Of a DNA stretch of 64,000 nucleotides, positions 31,421 through 42,955 are shown one piece after another. Positions within the stretch are counted from its first letter, which is position 1. Every line of letters starts with the position of its first letter. The stretch is from the NCBI GenBank assembly GCA_012295275.1, contig CM022671.1, positions 19,468,001 to 19,532,000 of the forward strand, written 5' to 3'. The stretch is from Chrysomallon squamiferum. Lineage: Eukaryota; Animalia; Mollusca. The position numbers and the translations under genes were made by a program. Under the pieces are notes generated by a model. It worked only from the letters and a program-made list of their open reading frames with translations. It was not told where the DNA came from and ran no database searches.

Positions 31421-32229
31421 ATAATCTGTCTTGTTCTTGTTCTGTTGCATAATTTTCATGTATTTAAAGAATCAATCAGAAATTTTAGAGAAATAGCTGT
31501 TTTCGTTAACCGACTGACTAGTTCAAACTAATATTTAATCAACGAAGAAAAGAGAAATCCTAAAATTTCACCAAGCTGAAACAAAGAAAAAAGTATACCA
31601 TGTTATTACACAATCATGCATGCACGCAATCCTTTACATATGCACACAACCATGGAGAATATCACCAACAAGAATAATTTAAAAAACAAAACCTCAAAAT
31701 AGCAACATAACAACACAAATCAGCTTCAGTTATTAAGTAAGTAAAACATTTCCTTCATGTAAAACTCTCTATTTTTAAGTATTAATAAAACCATATGTAT
31801 TATCTTATCTTATCCGTTTAAAAATATATATTTTTTAAAATCTGATAATGTTCAACCATTCAAAGCAATCTATTTGTAAATTTAAACATAACATCAAGCC
31901 ATAACCCAGCAGGTGATACGGTGGATTAATAATAAATAAAATTAAATTTGCCCCAACTGTAGATAATGTGCATTGTGTGAACATGCATATTTTTGCGATG
32001 AAAGAACTGCATTAATAATGTATGAATTAAATATCCATTTATTTGTAGCTAATCTACATTAAAATTCATGTGTGTTGCTCATATTCTGAAAACGATAAAC
32101 CAAACATCTCTCCACCTGCAGCTAATATGCTTTGTGTATATAAACGTATAAACCCGTATTTTGAAAAAGATAGACTAATGATCAATAAATCAAAATGTCT
32201 CAAACTGTAGTTTACTTATGAGAATGCTT

Positions 32230-32505
32230 ATAATTTGAAAACGAATTATTAATGATGAAGACATTAAAGATGTCCTAAATGCCCCTAATTTGCTTTTAAT
32301 GCCTGGGTATATTTTTATATTGACAAACCTGTACATTAATGACGAATAGATTGAAGGTCCCCCAAGCTGTAATTTACTTTGTCTATTATACATGTATGTA
32401 CCCATAATTTGAAAACGATATATTAATGATGAACAAATTGATAGTCCCCGACCTCCAATAATTTGCTTTTAATGCACCTGTGTATTTTTATATTAATAAA
32501 GTCCT
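32230..32505. repeat. Diverged local tandem duplication, period ~175 bp
   Basis: ataatttgaaaacga...tattaatgatgaa...taatttgcttttaatgc...atttttatatt occurs twice. Confidence 0.6.
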
Positions 32506-35500
32506 TGACTGTAGCTAATTTACTTTTTTATGTACGTGCTTCCATTAATATACATGTTGTTGAAACATGCTGATCTTGTGGTCATAATCACGTTGTAAAC
32601 TACGTTGCCGTTTGCCATAAATTAAAGCAAGTGTGTTCTTGTCATCTTAATAATGTATAATACAACGTTTAAAATGAGCAGAGTTGGCAAAAAAATCAGT
32701 TTGGTAAAAGACACTGAATCGGCAGAACGGATATGCGAGACTACCTTGTTTCGTGAATTCAGCTTCGCTAGTCATGTATGAAGCTAAGCTTTCCGCCTCA
32801 TGTACAATATATTATTATTTACTGAGAAAAAAATATACACTGACGACAAATTGATGGTGTTGTGTAGGTTATAGAAACGGTGCTGGACCATCGAGTAGGT
32901 CCGTCATGGTTGTCATCTTATTCATACAAAACCTTTCGTCTTGCAGAATGTTTAATATAAAACAAAATCCACAAACACGTTCATATACTGCGAACGTGCT
33001 ATTGTGCTGATGTTTTACGGTTATATTTATATATAATATTCTCTGACAGAACACACTTTTATGAATGCAGATATGAAATGAAAAGATACAGACGAGGTAA
33101 AGATAATTTTATTTCTGTATTTACTCTCTATAATCATGACTAGTCTATCCATATTTCGTATTATGTTCTACACCATTATAACGATTGGGTCTGCTGCAGT
33201 GTTTCTCAAGGCGATATTAGTTTGGTGAGGCATAAGATTCAAAATTAATGAATCAATACATGAACGCTTTCATGACTTTTTACTTTAAAATTTTCAAACA
33301 TTTTCTATCACAAAAAAAAGGTTTGCCGTTGAAGCGAGAAGCTTGGGACAGAAAAATGTGACTGACTTATTTCCCGTTCAGCTATCTGTTTGTCAAAATG
33401 TATTTAACCGTGTTGACTGGAAAGTGAATATAAAATAGTGTTGTTGTTATTGAACAAAAGAACCTAAGGAATGACAGCAAAAGATTTCCTTTCTTTTATT
33501 AACATATAAAAAAACAACTTCAAAATAATTAACTTTAAAAAACCTAACAAACTAATAACAATTTAGTTAGCTCTCATAAAGTTATAAGCTTTTATTTCAA
33601 ATTTCCGATGCAGCAAAAATAAAGAATACAAATGTTAGATATTCTTAGTATTTCAAATAGCAAACACATATATATATGTATATGTGTGTGTGTGTGTATG
33701 TATGTATATGTATCTATGTATGTATGTATGTACGTACGTATGTAAGTTTGATATTTATGTCTTATATTATATCTGTTCGATGTTTATTTTTCGAAATAAA
33801 TTTTATGTAATTACGAAAAACAAAATATCAAATTATCTAAAACTTTTTTTTTATTCTGCAAACAAGTGTTGGCTACATTTCCAGCACTGTGCACTGCTTT
33901 ATCTGTCTGTTTGCCTTTAGCTACTTGCTACAACCATAACCTTATCCCATTTGAGCCTCTGTTATCTCCCAGATCAAGAACAAAATGCACAATACAAAAT
34001 GCTTAAATAAGAGAAACCAAACACTGTATCATGTATACACCGAAACCATTGATACTACCGATACTGACGTCTACTGAACTGAAGAAAATGCTGTACGAAA
34101 CCAATGCATGTCATTACATACATGTTAGCTGCAAAACGTAAACACTCAGTGATTATAACCGAGAACCATTCTTAATGTGTGACGGGGTGCTAAAACAAAC
34201 CAACGACCACTACATTCATTATAAGGATGCAACTTCGTCGCCTCGCTTCTGGTCTCTTTGTTTTTGTAAGTGAAAACGACTTGCGTATAAAGAACTTTTC
34301 TAGATGATGACGTTTTTCGATGGAAAAATATTTGAACATTATCTTAGAAATAAAATACATTAGATCAAGTATGTCTTCTTTTTGTGTGTATAAATGTATC
34401 CCAGCTCAAATAAAAATGATGAATGATAATTAAACGTGTAACAACAAAAAAGAAAAAGCAAATAAAAGCAGAATATAGTGCAGATAAAATTAAGGCTTCA
34501 GAAAGTATTGAAAATATGTAAACTCGTAAAACGTATAGGCTCATTTTACTAATGTTAAATTCATGAATTACTCTGTACAAGATAAAATGTAAAAGCTAAG
34601 AGAAAATTAATTTTATAGTAACATCAGATTCTCAATGAAAATTAAACATGTAGACTAATATATTTTAAACTGTGACTAATTAAATAAGTAAAATATTGTT
34701 CTTCATTTTCAGTTTTACCTAACCATTACTACATAATTCAGATTTTAAATATTAAGAAATAAAATGAAAAAGTCATTTCAGTGTGATATTAAAATGCATC
34801 GCTTATTGGATCCCTCTGTAAAAATTGTTCCTGTATGCGTGGTATGGAAACAATATTTGACTTCAGACAGATCTGCGAAACTAAAAGCATATAGTTTAAG
34901 CTGCTGTCACACAATAACCTTATATCAGTCACACAATCTCGGTCACCATAATATGACAAACCAGATGTTCCTAAAAGGTGAATGAATCCGAACTCAGTCT
35001 GAGATGAGAGCGTGGATTGTTTTTAACACTATATACTAAGCAATGGAAACGTGTATCGTTTGGAAATGTGATACTTCATCAAGGTGAAAAGATGTGCAGC
35101 ATCTCATCTGATGCCAAAACCTCACATACATCACTGCTTTTAACACCTGATCTATAAGTGATAAAATGTACAGACACTTCGAAATATGTTGTTGAACACA
35201 ATATAATGTTATCTTGATATGTTATCTTTCATGAAATACTAAACTTTAGCTGCAACAATCTCAGTGTTGCCAATGCGGACAGCAAAATCACAGTTGTATA
35301 CCGCTCTCCGCATCTCTTCATAGTCACTATGGCTTCTTCAGTGATCTTTCTTCTTTGTTTCTGTCTTGTATATCCCAATGTTTGATGAGTCTTCTGCGTC
35401 TGTCTGTTAAGACATTCGTCGTTTTCGTTACAAGCAATTTGTGTCTATTATCACTATTAAAAGCTATTTTTACATGTATAACTAAATGCATTTTTACAAT

Positions 35501-36231
35501 GTTAAATCTTACCATGAGAGCTTTTAGTAAATTACTTAATCAGTACGTTATTTACCTAGTGCGTGATGGCTCTCTGCAAATAAAGATATTTGGCTGAACG
35601 TGGACAATTATAACACGACTTGTCGTTAATTATTTACTTTATACTTTCAGGAAACGCTAACACAACAGTTCGGAATTTCATTAATCTTCAAAACGCTAGT
35701 CCAGGTGAAGCATCCAGTTAGAAGGAGAAAATCAGCGGCTGTATGATCTACTGATGAGCATTTCATGTGTAAACAACACAAATATTTCCTTATACATCTT
35801 ACCTGTTGAATACATTTTATTTTTATAGTTGAACAAAATGTCTCGCAGTTCTTTTCTTGTTTGTTTGTTTTTCCTTTTTTGGTGTTCAGTGAAAGACCTC
35901 GTGGAAAATTCTTAGACTGCTGAATGAATTCCGGAAGTCATTTTTAGATTAGCTTTGTTGTGACAGAAGTACTGCACAGAGTATATTCCCAAAGTTTTGT
36001 GTGTTTGATTCAGTGTCGTACACAGTTAATGTCAGTGAAGTCAGTATATATCTGACTATGACTATTGAAATCATGTCCATTAAATGTTAAATCGATACTA
36101 ATGCTGGTCATCACATCATAATATGATCCGCGCGTCCGAAAACACGAAACCCTGAAGGAATATACTGTTTGAAAATGAGTACTGTGATTTCTAATAATGG
36201 TTTCATTCAGTCATCTGCTTGTGAGTGTCTG

Positions 36232-36256
36232 ACACTCTCGCTAATGTTTCTTGTGA
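36232..36256 (+). promoter_or_regulatory. Candidate upstream element of exon A (TCTCGCTA at -176 from ATG)
   Basis: acacTCTCGCTAatgtttcttgtga aligns with acaTCTCGCTAggtggtaactcgtga upstream of exon B at an almost identical distance. An Inr-like tcattcagtc lies at ~36203-36212. Confidence 0.35.
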
Positions 36257-36411
36257 AATGATGAATGCTCTTGGAACTGGAAACCTGGAGAATTTATAAG
36301 TATACAAAATTGTTTTTGTTTATTAATTTTTATTTATAACAAATTATCCTTTTCTTTCATTACTTCTTTTTTCAATTCCACAATGACCAAGTGAAAAGAA
36401 GAGTAATCAAA

Positions 36412-37099
36412 ATGATTATTTTACAGTTGCTGGTTGTGTATAGTGTGTATGGATCTAGTGCTTATCCGTCACATCGACCTATTTCTTTAGCACTTCTCCT
36501 GCCTGCTGATGAACGCCGACTGTTTTCTCTTAAAAAGGTTTCACCTGCAATTGCCAACGCTGTTGAAAAAGTCACAGCCAAAAATGGAATACTGCCGTTC
36601 AGCATCATAAAAGTAAACTATCGAGATTCAAACTGTTCCATTGCAGATGCCATGAATGAAGCCATTAACTATTACGTCAAGAAGGAAGTTGACGTATTTT
36701 TCGGCCCTTGTTGTGACTATGCAGCGGCTCCGGTAGCCCGCCAAATTCGATACTGGAGATTACCTATGGTTACACCCGGTGCTCTGGCCAGAGATTTTGC
36801 TACAAATAAAGTAGATATGTTTCCATTACTTACGAGGGTTGGTCCGAATTTCGATTCTCTCGTTGAATTTCTTGTTTCCATGCTGCACAAATTTGGCTGG
36901 TCGAAAGTTAAGTTGTTATATACACCTGATGGCCAGCAGCATGTTGTTGAACGTTTCTGTCACATTGCAACGGATGGGATTCACTATGGCTTTAGACATC
37001 AGAAAAAGATAAAGAATCTGTCACAAGACTATTTCAAATTTGAATCTGACAAAGAACTGCTGGAAATGATGGCGACAGACCTTTTAAAAGAGCATGCAG
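36412..37099 (+). CDS. Coding exon A of a natriuretic peptide receptor / receptor guanylyl cyclase-like gene: signal peptide plus N-terminal part of the ANF_receptor ligand-binding domain
   Basis: ATG at 36412 (the track's GTG start at 36391 is 7 codons upstream) leads into hydrophobic MIILQLLVVYSVYG. Family motifs follow: LALLLP, VSPAI, YRDSNC, FFGPCCDYAAAPVARQIRYW, TPGA, FPLLTRVGP, FGW, FCH. The frame stays open to GCAG|GTAGGT at 37099/37100, giving 688 nt (229 codons + 1, phase 1). Confidence 0.93.
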
Positions 37100-37849
37100 G
37101 TAGGTAATATTTTAACTTTTCATACCAAGCTTTGAAAACATAATCTTTCTCAAATTTATTTTTAAATTTTCCAATGTATATTTAAACAAATTGTGAACAA
37201 ATAAAAAAATGTTGTCATCCTTGTCTAAGAAATATACAAAAGGGATATTTATTCGACAAAATTTGCAGATTTTTATTTACGTTCATAGCAGTCTTGCTAA
37301 TGCTCATGAATTGAAGTGTAGAACATTTTGATGATGTTGCCATAATCTTTTTATATAGAAACACCAAGAAAAATGTTCAATTAAATAATCTGAAGGAACT
37401 ATACAATTCTACTTGCATTGCTTTTACTGTAATTATCTATTTAATTAAACAGTAATAATTTCGGTCAGTCAGATGCATTCGGTCAGTCTGAAGTTGTAGC
37501 TGTTCAGACATTTTGTAGATTTACATGATATATTTTTGAGTGACACTGAATAGAATACACTATGGCCGAGATCACAAACTATTCTTTCAAACCATCAATA
37601 CAAGCCAAGGTTCTCGACGTTACAACTTTATATTAAACATTTAATATGAATATTTTTGTTTGTTGTGTTGTTTGTAACGAAATACTAATGAAAACTTTAT
37701 AATGAATAATAAAAACTCGTTAGTGGAAAACCTTTGATAGACAGATGTATGTAACATGACCAGTTCAGTAACATGCCGAGATTATTAATTTCCTCTGTTG
37801 TTTTTGTTTTCTTTTTATTCTACTAATTATTCAATAAGAGTAATATGTT

Positions 37850-37912
37850 TATGTATGTATGTATGTATGTATGTATGTATGTATGTATGTATGTATGTAT
37901 GTATGTATGTAT
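37850..37912. repeat. (TATG)n microsatellite
   Basis: Directly visible. Confidence 0.95.
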
Positions 37913-38102
37913 ACATGCATGCATTGTATAGATGTTTGTTTGCATATATATGTGTGTGTATGTATATGTGTAAACTGTTTCTTGATGTTCAGCTTCTGCT
38001 ATGATGAAATTATAATAGCTAATAGTTAATGTTGTAACATGTTAAAGTGACTTTTAATTTATGTCATTTAACAAATCAACTTGCATTGCAATATGTAGAA
38101 AC

Positions 38103-39162
38103 GAATCTTGGAAAAAAGTCACAGAAAAAAGGTCACAGGAAAAAAGTCGCAGTTTTTAATTAAGAAATATATTAGCAATGAAAGATAGATTAAACACATT
38201 TTGTCAGAGTTTTTTGTTAATGATTTTTGATTTTAATGTTTGTGGTTTATCTTTGATCGAGTTGCGTATTTTGAACTGCATCTGGGTGCTCGCTCTGTAA
38301 GTCTGTTATCACAGAACCTCGACAATTACCGCTAGATCTTTTGACGCATTTCCACATCAACTTTATTTTGCGAGTTGAACATGAACCCCTCATAACAGAT
38401 TTTGTTACCACCCTCATTGCTATGAATATGCTTCTGATACTAGATCAAGCTGCAGAATATATAGGGAAACACACTGAACCTTGAACCTTGAAAAAAAATT
38501 AACGTGCTAATCAGAGCAAGCTGTTGTGAAGCACGTCTACGACAGGCACGCTTTCTGACAGGTCAGAGGGTGTGCCTGTCGTAGAAAAGAGTTTTGGGTA
38601 AGGAAAGAGAATGGGTTCTCGTTACGATTGCAGGACACAAGGGAGTGTCTAGCATATCGGATCGTAACGAACTGGTTGCAATGTTTCGTTGATGTTTTCC
38701 GCTCGTTGTTGTTTCCGGCACTTGTCTAGCTCGTCACCGGGTCCGTGTTGGTTGGGTCCTGTTTGTTTGTTCTCTTTTCGGCTGCCGTTGATGTTTCCTT
38801 GTTCTTTCTGGCTGCTTCCCTCTGGTCCAACAATTCCAAACCTTTTTTATTATTATTATTATTTTCATTTTTTTAAACACATTTTAACCTGGGACGTTTT
38901 ATAAATTATTTACCATAGGAAGCCCTTAGTTTAAACCTATCCTAATCAGTAAGCTAGACCCAAGCATCACAACTGCACAATATAAAGCCGCTTTCCTTAC
39001 TCTAGCCTAAGTGACCTAATCAGTAAGCTTGACAATTACCCCATGCATACTATGATTCCACTTTCATTACTCTACAAAGCCATACATTTTGTTATATAAA
39101 AATTGTGACTTTTTTCTGTGACTTTTTTCAGTGACTTTTTCTGTGATTTTTTTCCAGCCACC
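38103..39162 (-). mobile_element. Non-autonomous Mutator/Phantom-like element with tandem-repeat TIRs, a FLYWCH remnant and an ~8-bp TSD
   Basis: The left end ggaaaaaagtcacagaaaaaaggtcacaggaaaaaagtcgca mirrors the right end tgtgacttttttctgtgacttttttcagtgactttttctgtgattttttttcc. Flanks are gtagaaac (38095-38102) and atagaaac (39163-39170). Minus strand ~38430-38270 gives IHSNEGGNKICYEGFMF, a frameshift, then LMWKCVKRSSGNCRGSVITDL (FLYWCH zinc-finger-like). Confidence 0.82.
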
Positions 39163-39900
39163 ATAGAAACACACTTATACAAATATAATAAAAAAGGGGC
39201 TCCATTGACACTAACGACCTAAGCAATCGTGCTCAAATAGATTTCAAACATTTAAAATACTTCAGTTTCCTCACATAAACACTTTTCAGCTTCCTCACAT
39301 AATCACTTTTCAGCTTCTATCCCACTTATCATTATTTTTCCACGGATTTTTATATATTTCATCTTTGACAATTCCCCCAACATTATTATCGTCTTGTCCA
39401 AATGACCAGACAGCTACTTCCCCAATGGTTATCTTTTGTAATTCTTAATTTTTGAAATCTATCATTGTTGTTCCCAATACGTTTTTCAGTTTCTCACTTA
39501 CATTGTAATGAATGGCTTCCTTTCAATTGTATTCCTTTCAAACTACAGGATGATAGATGTCAAATACACAGAATCAACTCTTTTGAGTACAAGCACACAT
39601 AGCAATAGAAAACATACAAATACCTCGATCAGTGAAAAAATAGGCTTGCAGCGTGTGCTGTTTTATGTTTTCTCAGTTATTGATGTGCAAATCTTTATTC
39701 ACTGGAAATTTGAAGTTTTCTTCTAAAATCCCTGTTGAATCCGCATGGAATGTTATTTTGTTTTGCTGCACTTAATAAGCGCGGCTGTTTTGTTTTCGTT
39801 TTTTTTTTTTTATAGTTAAAATAACAATTTATTTATTGCACTTTTATAATAAATAAATAAAGTAATTATTTATATATTAATGAACTGAAGATGAATTAAG

Positions 39901-39931
<31 letters not shown>

Positions 39932-40655
39932 AAATAAAACAACAACATAATAATAAAAAATAAAAACAACAACCAGCAATCATACATTATTTTTCAACAT
40001 TACAAAGGTATTTCAATCTGTTTAAAGATGATAATTCTGTATTCTGGAGCCCTAAGATACTGAGATGTAAACTTTTGGTTAACAAATTGATAGGAATCAT
40101 TAAGTAAGAGAACCGTTTTAGACGGACATATAAATGGTTGTATTATTCCTATAACTTGAAGATTAATATAAAAAATATATATATTGTTCTTAATCGGTGC
40201 ACTGTTAATATCATTATTTTTTAATAACAATAGTTAAAAATCTTAGAGAACTCAATTTTTTATATTACCGATTGGCATGGGATAGGGGTCTACGGACAAA
40301 CATACAAGCGTAAACGTTACTCTTTTTTAATATAGGATTCTAAGAAATATTCAAGCTGACTTTTATTTTATTTATGACGATTCCATACAGTATAAAGGCC
40401 GCTAGATTGCTTAACTACTAGCTTGGGAATGATAAAGTAATTTCTCCCCATAAGCTGTTATTACGTCTTTATAGACGAGTTTTAAACGTACATACAGCAA
40501 TAAATCGTTATTTTTTTCCTTCTGATTAATTCATAAAACTGTCACAAACCACTTCATACACCTATTCTGTTACATATTTTAAAAATTATACCACAATTAC
40601 ATAATATTATTTGTACGGCAGTTGAACATAAAACCTGATTTGCTAACGCAAATAC

Positions 40656-41015
40656 TTTATATCACTATCGGTATGCGCAGTTCTATATGCCAGGTACGGT
40701 CATAAAAGTAATTTATATCCTTATCGTCTATGCGTGATTTCAAATACTAGAGCCGGTCATAATTTAATTCTACAAACATTCCTGTCGTGTATGCACAATT
40801 TTATATGCTAGGGACGGCCATGTTTGTAAAGCAAACAACAGTCATTTATATCCCTATCGTGTAAATTCGGTCTTATATGCCAGACAATATCATAATGTTA
40901 GTTATACAAAGAACAATAACGTATACGCCCCTGTCGAGCGTATTATATTTTATACACTATATATAGGCTCGGTCATAATTTTAGACAAACATCAGTAATT
41001 TATGGTCCCATTGTC
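40656..41015. repeat. Degenerate tandem array: ~50-bp core with variable linkers, about 5-6 copies
   Basis: The core is approximately tttatatccctatcgtgtatgc...ttatatgccagggacggtcataa. Confidence 0.65.
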
Positions 41016-42613
41016 TTCAAAGTCCATTACTTCATCCGCTACACGACACGGATATCAAACGTCTGGATAAGTGCTTACATTCAGTCATGTGAAGTTGATC
41101 TTTTAAATAATCCCATGCTTAATACGCAGTGAATATGGTGGATTTCCTGTTGCAGATTTAAAAAAAGAATAAATCTCTGACAACTAATAAACGGTAACAT
41201 AACTGTGTTCAGATCTGGTTTAACTAAAAGATAATTCATTCATTAATCTAGAAAATTAACGATGACGTAATACGTGCCTTTAACTTAGAATTAAACATAA
41301 ATAACTAATGCTTAAAGACTTACAATATTTAATTTTATGTGCCTCTCGCTTCATGGTTTTTCACCTTAACTTTGAGAATTAATATTTTCAAATATAATTC
41401 TTTAAATACGACACTGCTACAAAGTTTAAATAAGTGATTCTTGAGTTATCTTCATGAACCTGCATTTTCGAATAATTTTATGATTCATTCAAAATGAAGT
41501 TTACATCGCACGATATCTAACAAAGTGAACCACAATAAAAAAATAATTATATCGCTCATCGCTTTCGAATGATATTTGTTTGTTTCGTGTTATTGAAGGC
41601 ATATGTCGCCAGACGATAGCACCTTACTCACCAGCTGGTGTTTTGTTCAAGGTGGATCTCTTCTCGCGTGTGACACGTGTTAGATTATTACTTCCCAATG
41701 TGTACGACCCCTCTGTGACCAATCACATTCTGTATTCATGAAATGCAATGACATACACGTATAGATAAATGCATGTCCTGTTTGAAAAAGAATATAGCAG
41801 TTCAATAACAGTAAACAAATTGAAGTGATTATATATACATACATATATATTTATAAATAATACATTAGAGATTCATACCGACAATAATTTTAGTTAATAA
41901 GTCATACTTACGTTTTCTCTTTAATACACGGAAACAAAACGTCCTAAATAATACATTATTTAGTAATACGTTTGTTTATCGTAAAGAGATGTTATATATG
42001 ATGAACTGCATAAAAATGTGTACTGAGAGATTAATGAAAATAAATGAAGCATTATTACTTCTAAACGGCAACACCTTATTCTAGAAAACCAATTTTCATT
42101 GATAAAAGTACTGTTAGGAACTAATAACTATGTCGATTAAGCTCTCTGATATAATATCTAACAATAATGGGAAGAGATATAACCCATAGAGAACCGTGAC
42201 GGATCTTGTAATTGATCTTGATGGTGAAATGGCTAAGTCATTGTCTTTATGACTGTTACATTTTAACATACTGGATCACTTCCTGATACATGAAAAAAAA
42301 AAACATACTAAAAATATTATATTTCTTTTGGAAGATGTAAAACCACTAAATTTTTTTCTCTTATTAATTAATCTTCACGAATTACTATACTGAATATATT
42401 TTGCATTGTAAATCGTAGGACATAAGTACATGAACATTAACTACGGGTAAAACAGCCTTTTCCCAAATTGATTCATAAAATGATGACAGAAGAGAATTCA
42501 GATTTATAGGAAGGAAGATATCAATAAAATTCCCGAACCTAGCATTTGCAGGGATATTTCATAGACAAGAACCGACATTGCCATTATATATATTTACACA
42601 GTAGTATTAGTAT

Positions 42614-42649
<36 letters not shown>

Positions 42650-42912
42650 AAGTAGTAGTAGTAGTAGTAGTAGAAGCGAAGGCAGTGGTTGTGGTTGATT
42701 GTTGAAGTAATCAACATTACAAAAGAAAATAACCCATCTGCTTGGTTAAACATTATAAACATGTTTTTCAAAGTAATTAAAAAGTAACATCAGTTTGATG
42801 TATGACTGCCTTTATAGAATTGTTCCCAAGAGAGGTGTTTTCCAGGAAGCAGCAGAAACAGAACTCGGGTTATTTGCGTAGTTTAACAGCACTCTATATA
42901 TGCATGTAGATG

Positions 42913-42955
<43 letters not shown>

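Noticed and set aside
35735-35780. CTGATGAGCA...TGTGTAAAC hammerhead-like motif
   Set aside because: The GAAA core is interrupted and stems I and III are not supported.
36391-37107. Treating the 238-aa and 240-aa ORFs as complete single-exon genes
   Set aside because: Each covers only part of the ANF_receptor domain, similarity ends exactly at a shared GT donor, and the GTG start is a prokaryote-style call.
40656-41015. CRISPR array
   Set aside because: Animal context, highly degenerate repeats, irregular linkers and no cas genes.
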